Source: Escherichia coli O157:H7 (GTDB lineage: Bacteria; Pseudomonadota; Gammaproteobacteria; Enterobacterales; Enterobacteriaceae). Taken from it: a stretch of 64,000 nucleotides of DNA. Both the position numbers and the translations under genes were made by a program. The notes beneath the pieces are model-generated. The model did not search any database. It was given only the letters and a program-made list of their open reading frames with translations, and was not told where the DNA came from. The stretch is taken from assembly GCF_013167455.1 (NCBI RefSeq), contig NZ_CP038328.1; one strand, given 5' to 3'. Shown piece by piece: positions 27,969 through 36,149 of this stretch. Position 1 is the stretch's first letter; each line of letters starts with the position of its first letter.

Positions 27969-28906
27969 CCCCTGAATCCTGCCGGGATCTGGCTGTAGTC
28001 CACGTTGTCGTAACTGGCTTTGAAGTACGGGTCCTCGCGTTTTTCGGTGTACGTGCTGACGGACGGCGATAAGCGCAGGGAAAGCTCATCCCATTTTTCC
28101 CGCAGCTTCGACGGGCTGAGCACGTTACGGCACCAGAACGGATCGCGACTGACGCGGCTGTACATCTCGCAGATTTGTTTATGAGTACGACCATCCTGCA
28201 CACACATCAGGCGAATTTCGTTTGCCCAGGCTGTCCAGTTCGGTTCTTTGGGACGAACCACCTCGCCGTCACATTCGGCGGCATGCTCGTACAGGGCGAT
28301 GATTTTTTTCCAGAGCCACTGTGCACAGGTCAAATCATCCTGCGTCCCCCACTGGCGCTTTTTAGGGCTGAATACAACCGCATCAGGATGGCGAGTTAAA
28401 AAATCCTGTTCATCCGTCTGCGTGTCCGGTTGCGAAGCGTCCGGACGAGAAGGTTTTTTATCTGACGGATCATGTTTTGATTTTACTGACGGATCCCCGC
28501 CAGATTCTGACGGGTGAAAACCCGCTTTTTTGCCAGATTTCGACGCATCAAATTTTGACGGGTCAGATTTTGATGCGTCAGATTTTGACGGGTCAGAATC
28601 TGACAGTTGAGAAAATGCCGCTGCCTGAAGCTTCGCAACGTTAAGCTGATAAACATTCGACGCATTGCGGTTACCCTGGCGACGCGCCTTACGCGTTAAC
28701 CAGCCTTCTGCTTCCAGCCGTGCGATAGCCGTTCTGACGGTGCTCATCCCCGCGCCAATCTGGCGGGCAATGGTTTCAATTGATGGCCAGCACACACCTT
28801 CGTCATTACTGAAATCAGCCAGGCGGGCCATAATTGCCACGCTGGATAACTTCATGCCTGACGCAGCGCAACCATCCCATACATAGCCGGTTAATTTAGT
28901 GCTCAT
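27965..28906 (-). CDS. Replication initiator (O-like, N-terminal HTH)
   Basis: 313 aa, N-terminal wHTH. An internal low-complexity SDSDPSKSDASKSDPSKFDASKS is encoded by the iterons. Confidence 0.75.
   Translation of the reverse strand: MSTKLTGYVWDGCAASGMKLSSVAIMARLADFSNDEGVCWPSIETIARQIGAGMSTVRTAIARLEAEGWLTRKARRQGNRNASNVYQLNVAKLQAAAFSQLSDSDPSKSDASKSDPSKFDASKSGKKAGFHPSESGGDPSVKSKHDPSDKKPSRPDASQPDTQTDEQDFLTRHPDAVVFSPKKRQWGTQDDLTCAQWLWKKIIALYEHAAECDGEVVRPKEPNWTAWANEIRLMCVQDGRTHKQICEMYSRVSRDPFWCRNVLSPSKLREKWDELSLRLSPSVSTYTEKREDPYFKASYDNVDYSQIPAGFRG
28461..28606. repeat. Iteron array (candidate ori) inside the initiator gene
   Basis: About 7 imperfect 14-15 bp units, e.g. TCAGATTTTGACGGG / TCAGATTTTGATGCG / TCAAATTTTGACGGG / TCAGAATCTGACAG. 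Confidence 0.7.
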
Positions 28907-28915
28907 GACCGACCT

Positions 28916-29254
28916 CTATTTCCCTGAATTTACGACGAAACTGTTCGAGCGGGCTGAAGCACTCATGCTCATAGCCTTCGCGGAGGTAGATAACCCGTTG
29001 TGTTTCCGGTTCCCAACGAATGACTCTGACGGGCACTCCGTAGTGATCTTTGAACCAGCGGTTAACTTGTCGCAAAGGACTGTCTCCTTTTGCCTGTTGA
29101 AATCACCCACAGCCCACTCTGCAAAGCTGTGGGTTACAATTTCCCTGTCACCTGGTACATTCACTGCATAGCAATACTCCACCTTCGCTTTTCCACCCGG
29201 TACAGGAAGTGCAATCAGTTGCGAGCGACGGTAGTGTGTTGTTAAACTGTTCAT
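28916..29254 (-). CDS. Hypothetical early protein
   Basis: 112-aa ORF with its start overlapping the upstream stop. An antisense ORF (28899-29171) competes with it. Confidence 0.45.
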   Translation of the reverse strand: MNSLTTHYRRSQLIALPVPGGKAKVEYCYAVNVPGDREIVTHSFAEWAVGDFNRQKETVLCDKLTAGSKITTECPSESFVGNRKHNGLSTSAKAMSMSASARSNSFVVNSGK

Positions 29255-29802
29255 GCGTTAGTTTCTCCACAGTCACGACACGCCACGGCGCCCGGAGCTG
29301 CACACTCGCGGGCGTCATTACTTTCTGAAATGCAAAAAATTTTGTAGACCAGTGCTGCATGCTCCTGCAGCTTCGAAATTGAGAGGTACAGCTCGTCGTT
29401 AATTGCTGTCTTCTCATGCGGTTCCACTACACCGTCTTCAATTGCTGAACGAATCTGTTTTGAATAACTGCCGATCTGTTCAATGACCTCCAGCAGGCGT
29501 TGGTTGATATCGGCGTTGTCCACATCCTCGACATCAGGAAGAGACACAAAGACGCCATTTGCAGACTGCGCCACAGCGTCAGCAATGAAGTGAGTTCCAC
29601 CAGCACGTTGCAAAATCATTGCCCATCCCAGCGGGAAAATCTGATCGCCATCGGCACGAAGGCGGTTAAATAATGCGTTCTCTGTTACATCCAGCCAGTC
29701 AGCAGCTTCAGCGTACCCCCCCGGCAACGCTGCGATAGTTTTTCTGACAGCTTTCACGTACCACTCAGGCTGTTTTTCTACTTTCCAGTGATGCTTACCC
29801 AC
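29251..29802 (-). CDS. CII-like / YdaT-like early regulator (tentative)
   Basis: 183 aa directly after cro. [12 protein letters not shown] helix. Confidence 0.5.
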   Translation of the reverse strand: MGKHHWKVEKQPEWYVKAVRKTIAALPGGYAEAADWLDVTENALFNRLRADGDQIFPLGWAMILQRAGGTHFIADAVAQSANGVFVSLPDVEDVDNADINQRLLEVIEQIGSYSKQIRSAIEDGVVEPHEKTAINDELYLSISKLQEHAALVYKIFCISESNDARECAAPGAVACRDCGETNA

Positions 29803-30055
29803 GGTTCACCTCCTGTTCCTGTGGTTTAAACCCATTCTGGTTTTGGCTAGATTGAAAACGTGCCGGATAAAGAATCTGCATTTCGCTGACTTCACCCTTA
29901 AAAAAATTGGCTAAACGTTCTGCAAGCTCGATAGATGGAATCTGCTCCAGCCTCTCAATACGACTCAACGTCGCTGGATTGACTTGAACACCCGCAGCAA
30001 CATGCTGCAAAGTGAAACCATGCGCCTTACGCACATTTCGTAATGGTGATTGCAT
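29795..30055 (-). CDS. Cro-like XRE-family HTH repressor
   Basis: 86 aa, GGAGG RBS, HTH FTLQHVAAGVQVNPATLSRIE. Divergent from cI. Confidence 0.8.
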   Translation of the reverse strand: MQSPLRNVRKAHGFTLQHVAAGVQVNPATLSRIERLEQIPSIELAERLANFFKGEVSEMQILYPARFQSSQNQNGFKPQEQEVNRG

Positions 30056-30152
30056 ACGCCCTCCAAATATTGCGCGTTATGCATGTTATTTCACGCAATT
30101 ATTTTGCGCAAGTTGATTTGCTTATCACGCAATAAAGAAATGTAATAAACGC
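30056..30152. promoter_or_regulatory. OR-like operator/promoter region (PR and leaderless PRM candidates)
   Basis: Three related 15-mers end in CGCAA or begin with TTGCG: 30070-30084, 30084-30098 and 30118-30132. TTGCTT, 17 nt, TGTAAT ends 6 nt before the cI ATG, which has no SD. Confidence 0.6.
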
Positions 30153-30845
30153 ATGAACATAGGAAACCGAGTCAGACAACTTCGCCAAGCGAAGAACATG
30201 AAAATCGCCGATCTCGCTGAAGCGATAGGAGTAGATGCGGCGAACATCTCGCGCTTAGAAACGGGTAAGCAAAAACAATTTACCGAACAAACACTGAGTA
30301 ATATTGCCAAGAGCTTAGGTGTTGATATTGCTGATCTCTTTACCTCTGCCCACAAAAGTAATACTGTATATAAAAACAGTAATAATGAGGATGTTGCGCA
30401 GGTGAAGGATGTGTTCCGTATTGAAATGCTGGATATCAGTGCCAGTGCGGGAAATGGCCTTATCCAGGGCGGTGATGTCATTGATGTGATTCATGCCATC
30501 GAATACAGAACTGATAATGCTGTATCAATGTTCGGCGGACGACCAGCCAATCACATCAAAGTTATCAACGTTCGTGGGGACAGTATGTGTCCAACCATTG
30601 AGCCAGGAGATCTCATCTTCGTTGATGTCAGCATCAATCAGTTTGATGGTGATGGTATATATGTCTTTGGTTTTGATGACAAAATATACGTTAAAAGACT
30701 TCAAATGATTCCTGACAAACTGCTGGTGATTTCTGATAACCAGATTTACCGTGAATGGGGAATTACTAGCGAAAACGAACACCGATTCATGGTCTTTGGA
30801 AAGGTCTTAATCAGTCAGTCGCAAACCCTTAAGAGACATAATTAA
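30153..30845 (+). CDS. cI: CI-type prophage repressor (XRE HTH + S24 LexA-like peptidase)
   Basis: 230 aa. HTH at the N-terminus; GDSM...KR catalytic Ser/Lys pattern. Confidence 0.9.
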   Translation: MNIGNRVRQLRQAKNMKIADLAEAIGVDAANISRLETGKQKQFTEQTLSNIAKSLGVDIADLFTSAHKSNTVYKNSNNEDVAQVKDVFRIEMLDISASAGNGLIQGGDVIDVIHAIEYRTDNAVSMFGGRPANHIKVINVRGDSMCPTIEPGDLIFVDVSINQFDGDGIYVFGFDDKIYVKRLQMIPDKLLVISDNQIYREWGITSENEHRFMVFGKVLISQSQTLKRHN

Positions 30846-30865
30846 CCTCAATATCCCATCCATCG

Positions 30866-30886
30866 GCCACCGAAAGGTGGCTTTTT
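30866..30886 (+). terminator. Intrinsic terminator after cI
   Basis: GCCACC-GAAA-GGTGGC followed by T5. Confidence 0.85.
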
Positions 30887-30898
30887 ATTACCTATAAA

Positions 30899-30936
30899 TT
30901 TGCATATCTCGCAAATACCACTTGCATATCTCGCAA
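30899..30936. promoter_or_regulatory. OL-like operators / candidate PL
   Basis: Two identical 15-mers TTGCATATCTCGCAA, 23 bp apart. They are 13/15 identical to the OR 15-mer at 30118-30132. The second TTGCAT plus 17 nt gives TATCTT. Confidence 0.6.
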
Positions 30937-31143
30937 TTTAATTTTATCTTTTATTCCAGACCAACTACAGGATTACAACAAAATCTGGTTGCAACACGGT
31001 GCATGTGTCGTAAGCAGTCAGTAAATGTCAAAAACGAACAGGCAGGACGCCCACGAAGTAGCCGCCTGGGGCATATGAAGTCCAGGATGATTCGTTGAGT
31101 CATGTTGTGCCACTAGGCACTCATGTTAAAGCAGGTGTATGAA

Positions 31144-31419
31144 ATGAAAGTCCAGATTTTAAACAATAACTGTGAAGTCGTTTGGTCATACGACATAGCC
31201 GCCCCTGTAGATCAGAGCGGCGATAGCTGGACCAATGGGAAACATCAGATTATGGCTGGAGTTGTGTTCTCTTTACGCCGTGCTTTAGAACAGGCTGAAG
31301 TCTTTCCATCAGACCCTGAATGGAAATGGCCTTTTTCTATTTGTCCAAATTCGGAGAGTACATTTCAGAAAATTGGTCAGAAAGTCGCACTCGAAGAGCA
31401 TCAGCCAACTGTTTCCTGA
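31144..31419 (+). CDS. Hypothetical protein (weak RBS; uncertain)
   Basis: ORF 31123-31419. Its 3' end overlaps the convergent 31337-31582 ORF by 83 nt. Confidence 0.35.
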   Translation: MKVQILNNNCEVVWSYDIAAPVDQSGDSWTNGKHQIMAGVVFSLRRALEQAEVFPSDPEWKWPFSICPNSESTFQKIGQKVALEEHQPTVS

Positions 31420-31582
31420 TTTTTTCAGGTAACTCGTCGGCATCGCAGAAACAACAACGCTCGATCATGTTGAAAGCCGATTCGTAGAACTGTTTTTGCT
31501 GAGTGTCGCTGAGACAGGAAAAGAGCGACGTTACGATGATTTTATTAATTGCATTATCAAGTTCTTTTTCATCAAAAGTCAT
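31337..31582 (-). CDS. Hypothetical 81-aa protein on the strand opposite to the early-left operon
   Basis: AAGGA lies 8 nt upstream of the ATG. AT-rich. No family recognised. Confidence 0.45.
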   Translation of the reverse strand: MTFDEKELDNAINKIIVTSLFSCLSDTQQKQFYESAFNMIERCCFCDADELPEKIRKQLADALRVRLSDQFSEMYSPNLDK

Positions 31583-31603
31583 TTGATTTTCCTTTTATGT
31601 ATA

Positions 31604-32058
31604 CGGGCTTAAAAGGATACCACCGAGCCTGAAGTGGTGAAAAGACAGGCACATAACAGCTAAGTATTTTCAACCAGAGAGAATCCTTAGCGTTGTGGTG
31701 AATGCGGCTCAGCGCACGCGGGTTAAGGTTGAGGCTGACAGTCGACCTTCTGTGGATACCCACCCGCCTGGTGTGCAACCTTCGCCAGGCACCGGGAGGC
31801 ACCCGGCACCACAACTTTATGCTGTGTGTAGTCTTAGCGGTACCAGCTTGTACCCTTGCTTCCGGCTGGTACCGTCCTTTTTACAAAACAGAGAAGAGCA
31901 TCACCGGACGACGGGCTCATAACCCAATCCATCCGGGCGGCTGCCACCGCAGGTGTTCTTCTCTGTTTTGTGGAGAAACTAACCGCCCCTACGGGGGCAT
32001 TTATGGAAATGTAATTGACTCAATAATCGCCGGACGGTGAGGGCTTCCTTTTACCCGA
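31604..32058 (+). ncRNA. Candidate large structured RNA (family unknown)
   Basis: No credible ORF. Nested helices: 31692-31700/31807-31815 (9 bp), 31838-31847/31865-31874 (10 bp, then TCCTTTTT), 31883-31900/31954-31971 (18 bp with one G-U), and a C(UACG)G hairpin at 31985-31998. A closing pairing joins 31604-31617 to 32047-32058. Confidence 0.45.
31838..31882 (+). terminator. Terminator-like hairpin inside the structured region
   Basis: CGGTACCAGC, 17 nt, GCTGGTACCG followed by TCCTTTTT. Confidence 0.5.
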
Positions 32059-32095
32059 ATTCAGCGCGGTGCAGCGCATATACGTGGAGAACAAA

Positions 32096-32632
32096 ATGTC
32101 ATTTATTAAAACTTTTTCCGGGAAGCATTTTTATTATGACAGGATAAATAAAGACGACATCGTTATTTACGATATCGCGGTTTCCCTTTCAAATATCTGT
32201 CGCTTTGCAGGACATCTTTCACACTTCTACAGTGTCGCCCAACATGCGGTGCTTTGCAGCCAGCTGGTGCCACAGGAATTTGCTTTTGAAGCTTTAATGC
32301 ATGATGCAACAGAAGCATATTGCCAGGACATCCCCGCACCACTGAAACGACTTCTTCCTGACTATAAACGGATGGAAGAAAAAATAGACGCCGTAATACG
32401 TGAGAAATACGGGTTACCTCCTGTTATGAGCACGCCAGTGAAATATGCCGATCTCATTATGCTGGCAACCGAACGCCGCGATCTCGGGCTTGATGATGGC
32501 TCTTTCTGGCCTGTACTGGAAGGTATCCCGGCAACAGAGATGTTCAAAGTGATTCCACAGGCACCGGGCCATGCCTACGGGATGTTTATGGAACGTTTTA
32601 ACGAGTTATCGGAGTTACGCAAATGCGCATGA
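32096..32632 (+). CDS. HD-domain phosphohydrolase (YfbR-like)
   Basis: Start at MSFIKTF (GGAG 7 nt upstream). H...HD metal motif (SVAQHAV ... LMHDATEAY). Confidence 0.75.
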   Translation: MSFIKTFSGKHFYYDRINKDDIVIYDIAVSLSNICRFAGHLSHFYSVAQHAVLCSQLVPQEFAFEALMHDATEAYCQDIPAPLKRLLPDYKRMEEKIDAVIREKYGLPPVMSTPVKYADLIMLATERRDLGLDDGSFWPVLEGIPATEMFKVIPQAPGHAYGMFMERFNELSELRKCA

Positions 32633-32985
32633 ATGTTTTCGAAATGGAAGGGTTTCTTCGTGGGAGATGTGTACCGCGAGATCTGAAAGTGAATGAAACA
32701 GATGCTGAATACCTGGTGCGTAAATTCGATGCGCTTGAAGCTAAATGTGCAGCACAGGAAAACAAAGTAATACCAGTGTCAACTGAACTGCCACCAGCAA
32801 ATGAAAGTGTTTTGTTATTCGATGCTAACGGAGAAGGCTGGCTAATTGGCTGGCGTTCTCTCTGGTACACCTGGGGACAAAAAGAAACCGGAGAATGGCA
32901 GTGGACATTTCAGGTCGGGGACCTTGAAAACGTCAATATCACTCACTGGGCAGTAATGCCAAAAGCACCGGAGGCTGGAGCATAA
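32623..32985 (+). CDS. DUF551-family phage protein
   Basis: 120 aa. C-terminal ...VLLFDANGEGWLIGW...ITHWAVMPKAP pattern. Confidence 0.65.
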   Translation: MRMNVFEMEGFLRGRCVPRDLKVNETDAEYLVRKFDALEAKCAAQENKVIPVSTELPPANESVLLFDANGEGWLIGWRSLWYTWGQKETGEWQWTFQVGDLENVNITHWAVMPKAPEAGA

Positions 32986-33290
32986 TGACCACTTTTACCG
33001 ACAAAGAACTGATTAAAGAAATTAAAGAGCGTATCAGCAGCCTTGACGTGCGAGACGATATTGAGCGCCGTGCTTATGAAATCGCACTCCTATCTCTGGA
33101 AGTAGAACCAGATGAACGCGAAGCTTATGAATTATTCATGGAAAAGCGTTTCGGTGACTTAGTAGATCGTCGGAGAGCAAAAAACGGCGATAACGAATAC
33201 ATGGCATGGGATATGACTCTCGGTTGGATCGTCTGGCAGCAACGAGCAGGTATCCATTTTTCAACAATGTCACAACAAGAGGTGAAATAA
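32985..33290 (+). CDS. Hypothetical early-left protein
   Basis: 101-aa acidic ORF, coupled (ATAATG) to its neighbours. Confidence 0.55.
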   Translation: MTTFTDKELIKEIKERISSLDVRDDIERRAYEIALLSLEVEPDEREAYELFMEKRFGDLVDRRRAKNGDNEYMAWDMTLGWIVWQQRAGIHFSTMSQQEVK

Positions 33291-33640
33291 TGGAGCCATA
33301 CAGCCTCACACTCGATGAGGCCTGTCATTTTCTCAAGATATCCAGACCGACTGCCATTAACTGGATACGCACAGGGCGTCTTCAGGCAACACGCAAAGAT
33401 CCCACTAAGAATAAATCTCCTTACCTCACAACACGACAAGCCTGCATTGCGGCTCTTCAGTCTCCGCTGCATACTGTCCAGGTGAGCGCGGGTGATGGCA
33501 TAACAGAGGAAAGAAAATGTCACTCTTCCGCAGAGGTGAAATATGGTACGCCAGTTTCACATTGCCGAACGGTAAAAGATTTAAACAGTCTCTTGGAACA
33601 AAGGACAAAAGGCAGGCGACAGAACTCCATGACAAGCTAA
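33290..33640 (+). CDS. xis: Excisionase (P22 Xis-like, HTH_17/AlpA type)
   Basis: [33 protein letters not shown]. 116 aa. Overlaps int by 124 nt. Confidence 0.75.
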   Translation: MEPYSLTLDEACHFLKISRPTAINWIRTGRLQATRKDPTKNKSPYLTTRQACIAALQSPLHTVQVSAGDGITEERKCHSSAEVKYGTPVSHCRTVKDLNSLLEQRTKGRRQNSMTS

Positions 33641-34680
33641 AGGCTGAAGCATGGCGGGTCAGCAAACTTGGTGAAATACCTGATATAACGTTCGAGGAAG
33701 CGTGTGTCAGGTGGCTTGAAGAGAAAGCACATAAAAAATCGCTGGACGATGACAAAAGCCGGATCGGATTCTGGCTTCAACATTTCGCAGGAATGCAACT
33801 AAGAGACATTACTGAATCAAAAATTTATTCAGCAATGCAGAAAATGACGAACCGGCGTCATGAGGAAAACTGGAAACTCAGGGCAGAAGCATGCAGAAAA
33901 AAAGGGAAACCTGTTCCAGAATACACGCCAAAACCAGCGTCCGTTGCAACGAAGGCTACGCATCTTTCATTTATAAAGGCCCTACTAAGAGCCGCAGAGC
34001 GTGAATGGAAAATGCTGGATAAGGCACCAATTATTAAAGTGCCTCAACCAAAGAATAAACGGATCCGCTGGCTGGAGCCCCATGAAGCACAAAGGCTGAT
34101 TGATGAATGTCCGGAGCCATTAAAGTCTGTTGTTGAATTTGCACTGGCAACAGGCTTAAGACGCTCGAACATCATCAACCTTGAATGGCAACAAATAGAT
34201 ATGCAGCGCCGGGTGGCATGGATAAACCCGGAAGAGAGTAAATCAAACCGCGCAATTGGCGTTGCGCTGAATGATACTGCATGTCGCGTATTGAAAAAAC
34301 AAATCGGGAATCATCACCGTTGGGTATTTGTGTACAAGGAAAGCTGTACCAAACCAGACGGAACGAAAGCGCCAACAGTAAGGAAGATGCGGTATGACGC
34401 AAACACAGCCTGGAAAGCGGCGCTGAGACGGGCTGGTATTGATGATTTCAGATTTCACGACTTGAGACACACCTGGGCAAGTTGGCTGGTTCAAGCCGGA
34501 GTCCCGTTGTCAGTGTTACAGGAAATGGGAGGCTGGGAGTCTATCGAAATGGTTCGTCGATATGCTCACCTTGCACCTAATCACCTTACCGAACACGCAC
34601 GGCAAATAGACTCGATCCTGAACCCATCGGTCCCAAATTTGTCCCAGTCAAAAAATAAGGAAGGTACTAATGATGTGTAA
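33517..34680 (+). CDS. int: Tyrosine integrase (P22/DLP12/SfV type)
   Basis: 387 aa. [28 protein letters not shown]...; catalytic R...HDLRHT...Y pattern. Adjacent to the tRNA 3' end. Confidence 0.95.
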   Translation: MSLFRRGEIWYASFTLPNGKRFKQSLGTKDKRQATELHDKLKAEAWRVSKLGEIPDITFEEACVRWLEEKAHKKSLDDDKSRIGFWLQHFAGMQLRDITESKIYSAMQKMTNRRHEENWKLRAEACRKKGKPVPEYTPKPASVATKATHLSFIKALLRAAEREWKMLDKAPIIKVPQPKNKRIRWLEPHEAQRLIDECPEPLKSVVEFALATGLRRSNIINLEWQQIDMQRRVAWINPEESKSNRAIGVALNDTACRVLKKQIGNHHRWVFVYKESCTKPDGTKAPTVRKMRYDANTAWKAALRRAGIDDFRFHDLRHTWASWLVQAGVPLSVLQEMGGWESIEMVRRYAHLAPNHLTEHARQIDSILNPSVPNLSQSKNKEGTNDV

Positions 34681-34694
34681 CTTATTGATTTTAA

Positions 34695-34770
34695 TGGTGC
34701 CGATAATAGGAGTCGAACCTACGACCTTCGCATTACGAATGCGCTGCTCTACCAACTGAGCTATATCGGC
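34695..34770 (-). tRNA. thrW: tRNA-Thr (anticodon CGU)
   Basis: Reverse complement: GCCGATATAGCTCAGTTGGTAGAGCAGCGCATTCGTAATGCGAAGGTCGTAGGTTCGACTCCTATTATCGGCACCA. Cloverleaf with CGT anticodon and encoded CCA. Confidence 0.95.
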
Positions 34771-34884
34771 CCTGAAAGGACATGTTCACGAACGTGAATC
34801 ACGGTGGACAAGGTTAAAACTAACCGGGCGATGCGTCAATGGCCTTGTGAATCAAACGGCTACTTTTGCATCACCCGGTTTTAT

Positions 34885-36138
34885 TTACGCACGAATGGTG
34901 TAATCACCAATGCCGATCCACTTGTAAGTGGTCAGTGCTTCCAGCCCCATTGGGCCACGCGCGTGGAGTTTTTGTGTGCTTACCGCCACTTCCGCACCCA
35001 GTCCAAACTGGCCGCCGTCGGTAAAACGCGTAGAGGCGTTAACGTAAACAGCGGACGAATCCACTTCGTTAACAAAACGCTGGGCGTTGCGCATATCGCG
35101 GGTCAGGATCGCATCGGAGTGTTGCGTGCCGTGTTCACGAATATGGGCGATGGCATCGTCAAGATCGCTGACGATTTTGACGTTCAAATCTAATGACAGA
35201 AACTCATCGTCATACTCTTCGGCTTTAACCGCCACCACCTTCGCAGGGCCTGTCTGCAACTGCGCCAGCGCAGATGCATCTGCGTGTAACGTCACGCCGC
35301 TTTCCGCCATTTGTTTGCTTAATGCGGGCAGGAAGCTATAGGCGATGTTTTTATTCACCAGCAACGTTTCTACCGTATTACATGTGCTCGGACGCTGAGT
35401 TTTCGCATTGACGATTACTTTCAGGGCTTCAGCAATCTCTGCACTTTCATCAACATAAATATGGCATACGCCTATACCACCTGTGATCACCGGGATCGTC
35501 GACTGCTCGCGGCACAGTTTATGCAAACCAGCCCCGCCGCGCGGGATCAGCATGTCGATGTATTTATCCATACGCAGCATTTCACTGACCAGCGCACGGT
35601 CAGGATTATCAATCGCCTGCACGGCACCCGCCGGTAAGCCACAGGATTTCAGGGCGTCCTGAATCACCACCACCGTTGCCGCGTTAGTGCGACAGGTTTC
35701 TTTGCCACCACGCAGGATCACCGCGTTACCGGTTTTCAGGCACAGCGAAGCGACATCAACCGTCACGTTCGGGCGCGCTTCATAAATCACGCCAATAACC
35801 CCCAGCGGTACGCGACGACGCTCAAGACGCAGGCCGCTGTCCAGTACGCCGCCATCGATTACCTGCCCCACTGGATCGGCGAGGTTGCACACCTGACGTA
35901 CATCGTCGGCAATGCCTTTCAGCCGTGCGGGCGTCAGTGCCAGACGGTCAAGCATCGCTTCGCTAAGGCCATTGGCTCGCGCGTCAGCAACATCCTGGGC
36001 GTTAGCGTTGAGGATGATTTCGCTTTGTGCTTCCAGTTCATCGGCGATTTTTTCCAGCACGCGATTTTTTTCGCGGCTGGAGAGTTGCGCTAATTTATAC
36101 GAGGCTTGCTTCGCGGCAATGCCCATTTGTTCCAGCAT
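34885..36138 (-). CDS. proA: Gamma-glutamyl phosphate reductase
   Basis: 417 aa; recognised sequence and synteny. Confidence 0.95.
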
Positions 36139-36149
36139 CAGCCTGCTCC

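Noticed and set aside
28899-29171. Plus-strand 90-aa ORF antisense to the early-right operon
   Set aside because: It has no RBS, and the minus-strand ORF 28916-29254 has its start overlapping the upstream stop. Confidence in either ORF is low.
30125-30481. 118-aa minus-strand ORF overlapping the cI 5' half
   Set aside because: It is antisense to a clearly recognisable repressor gene.
31240-31300. boxA/nut-like antitermination site (TTCTCTTTA) in the early-left leader
   Set aside because: The match to the boxA consensus is only partial, there is no adjacent boxB-type hairpin, and the phage has no recognisable N gene.
31572-32040. ORFs 31572-31814 (-), 31695-31922 (+) and 31702-32040 (+) as protein-coding genes
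   Set aside because: They mutually overlap in a GC-rich hairpin-dense region. They are Arg/Cys/Pro/His-rich with non-protein-like composition, and none has an RBS. They are better explained as chance ORFs across a structured noncoding region.
31604-32632. Calling the structured region a retron (msr/msd)
   Set aside because: The long stem-loop and flanking complementarity are suggestive. However, no reverse transcriptase (no YxDD-type ORF) is present anywhere in the window, and the adjacent gene is an HD hydrolase. The idea is kept only as a hypothesis to test.
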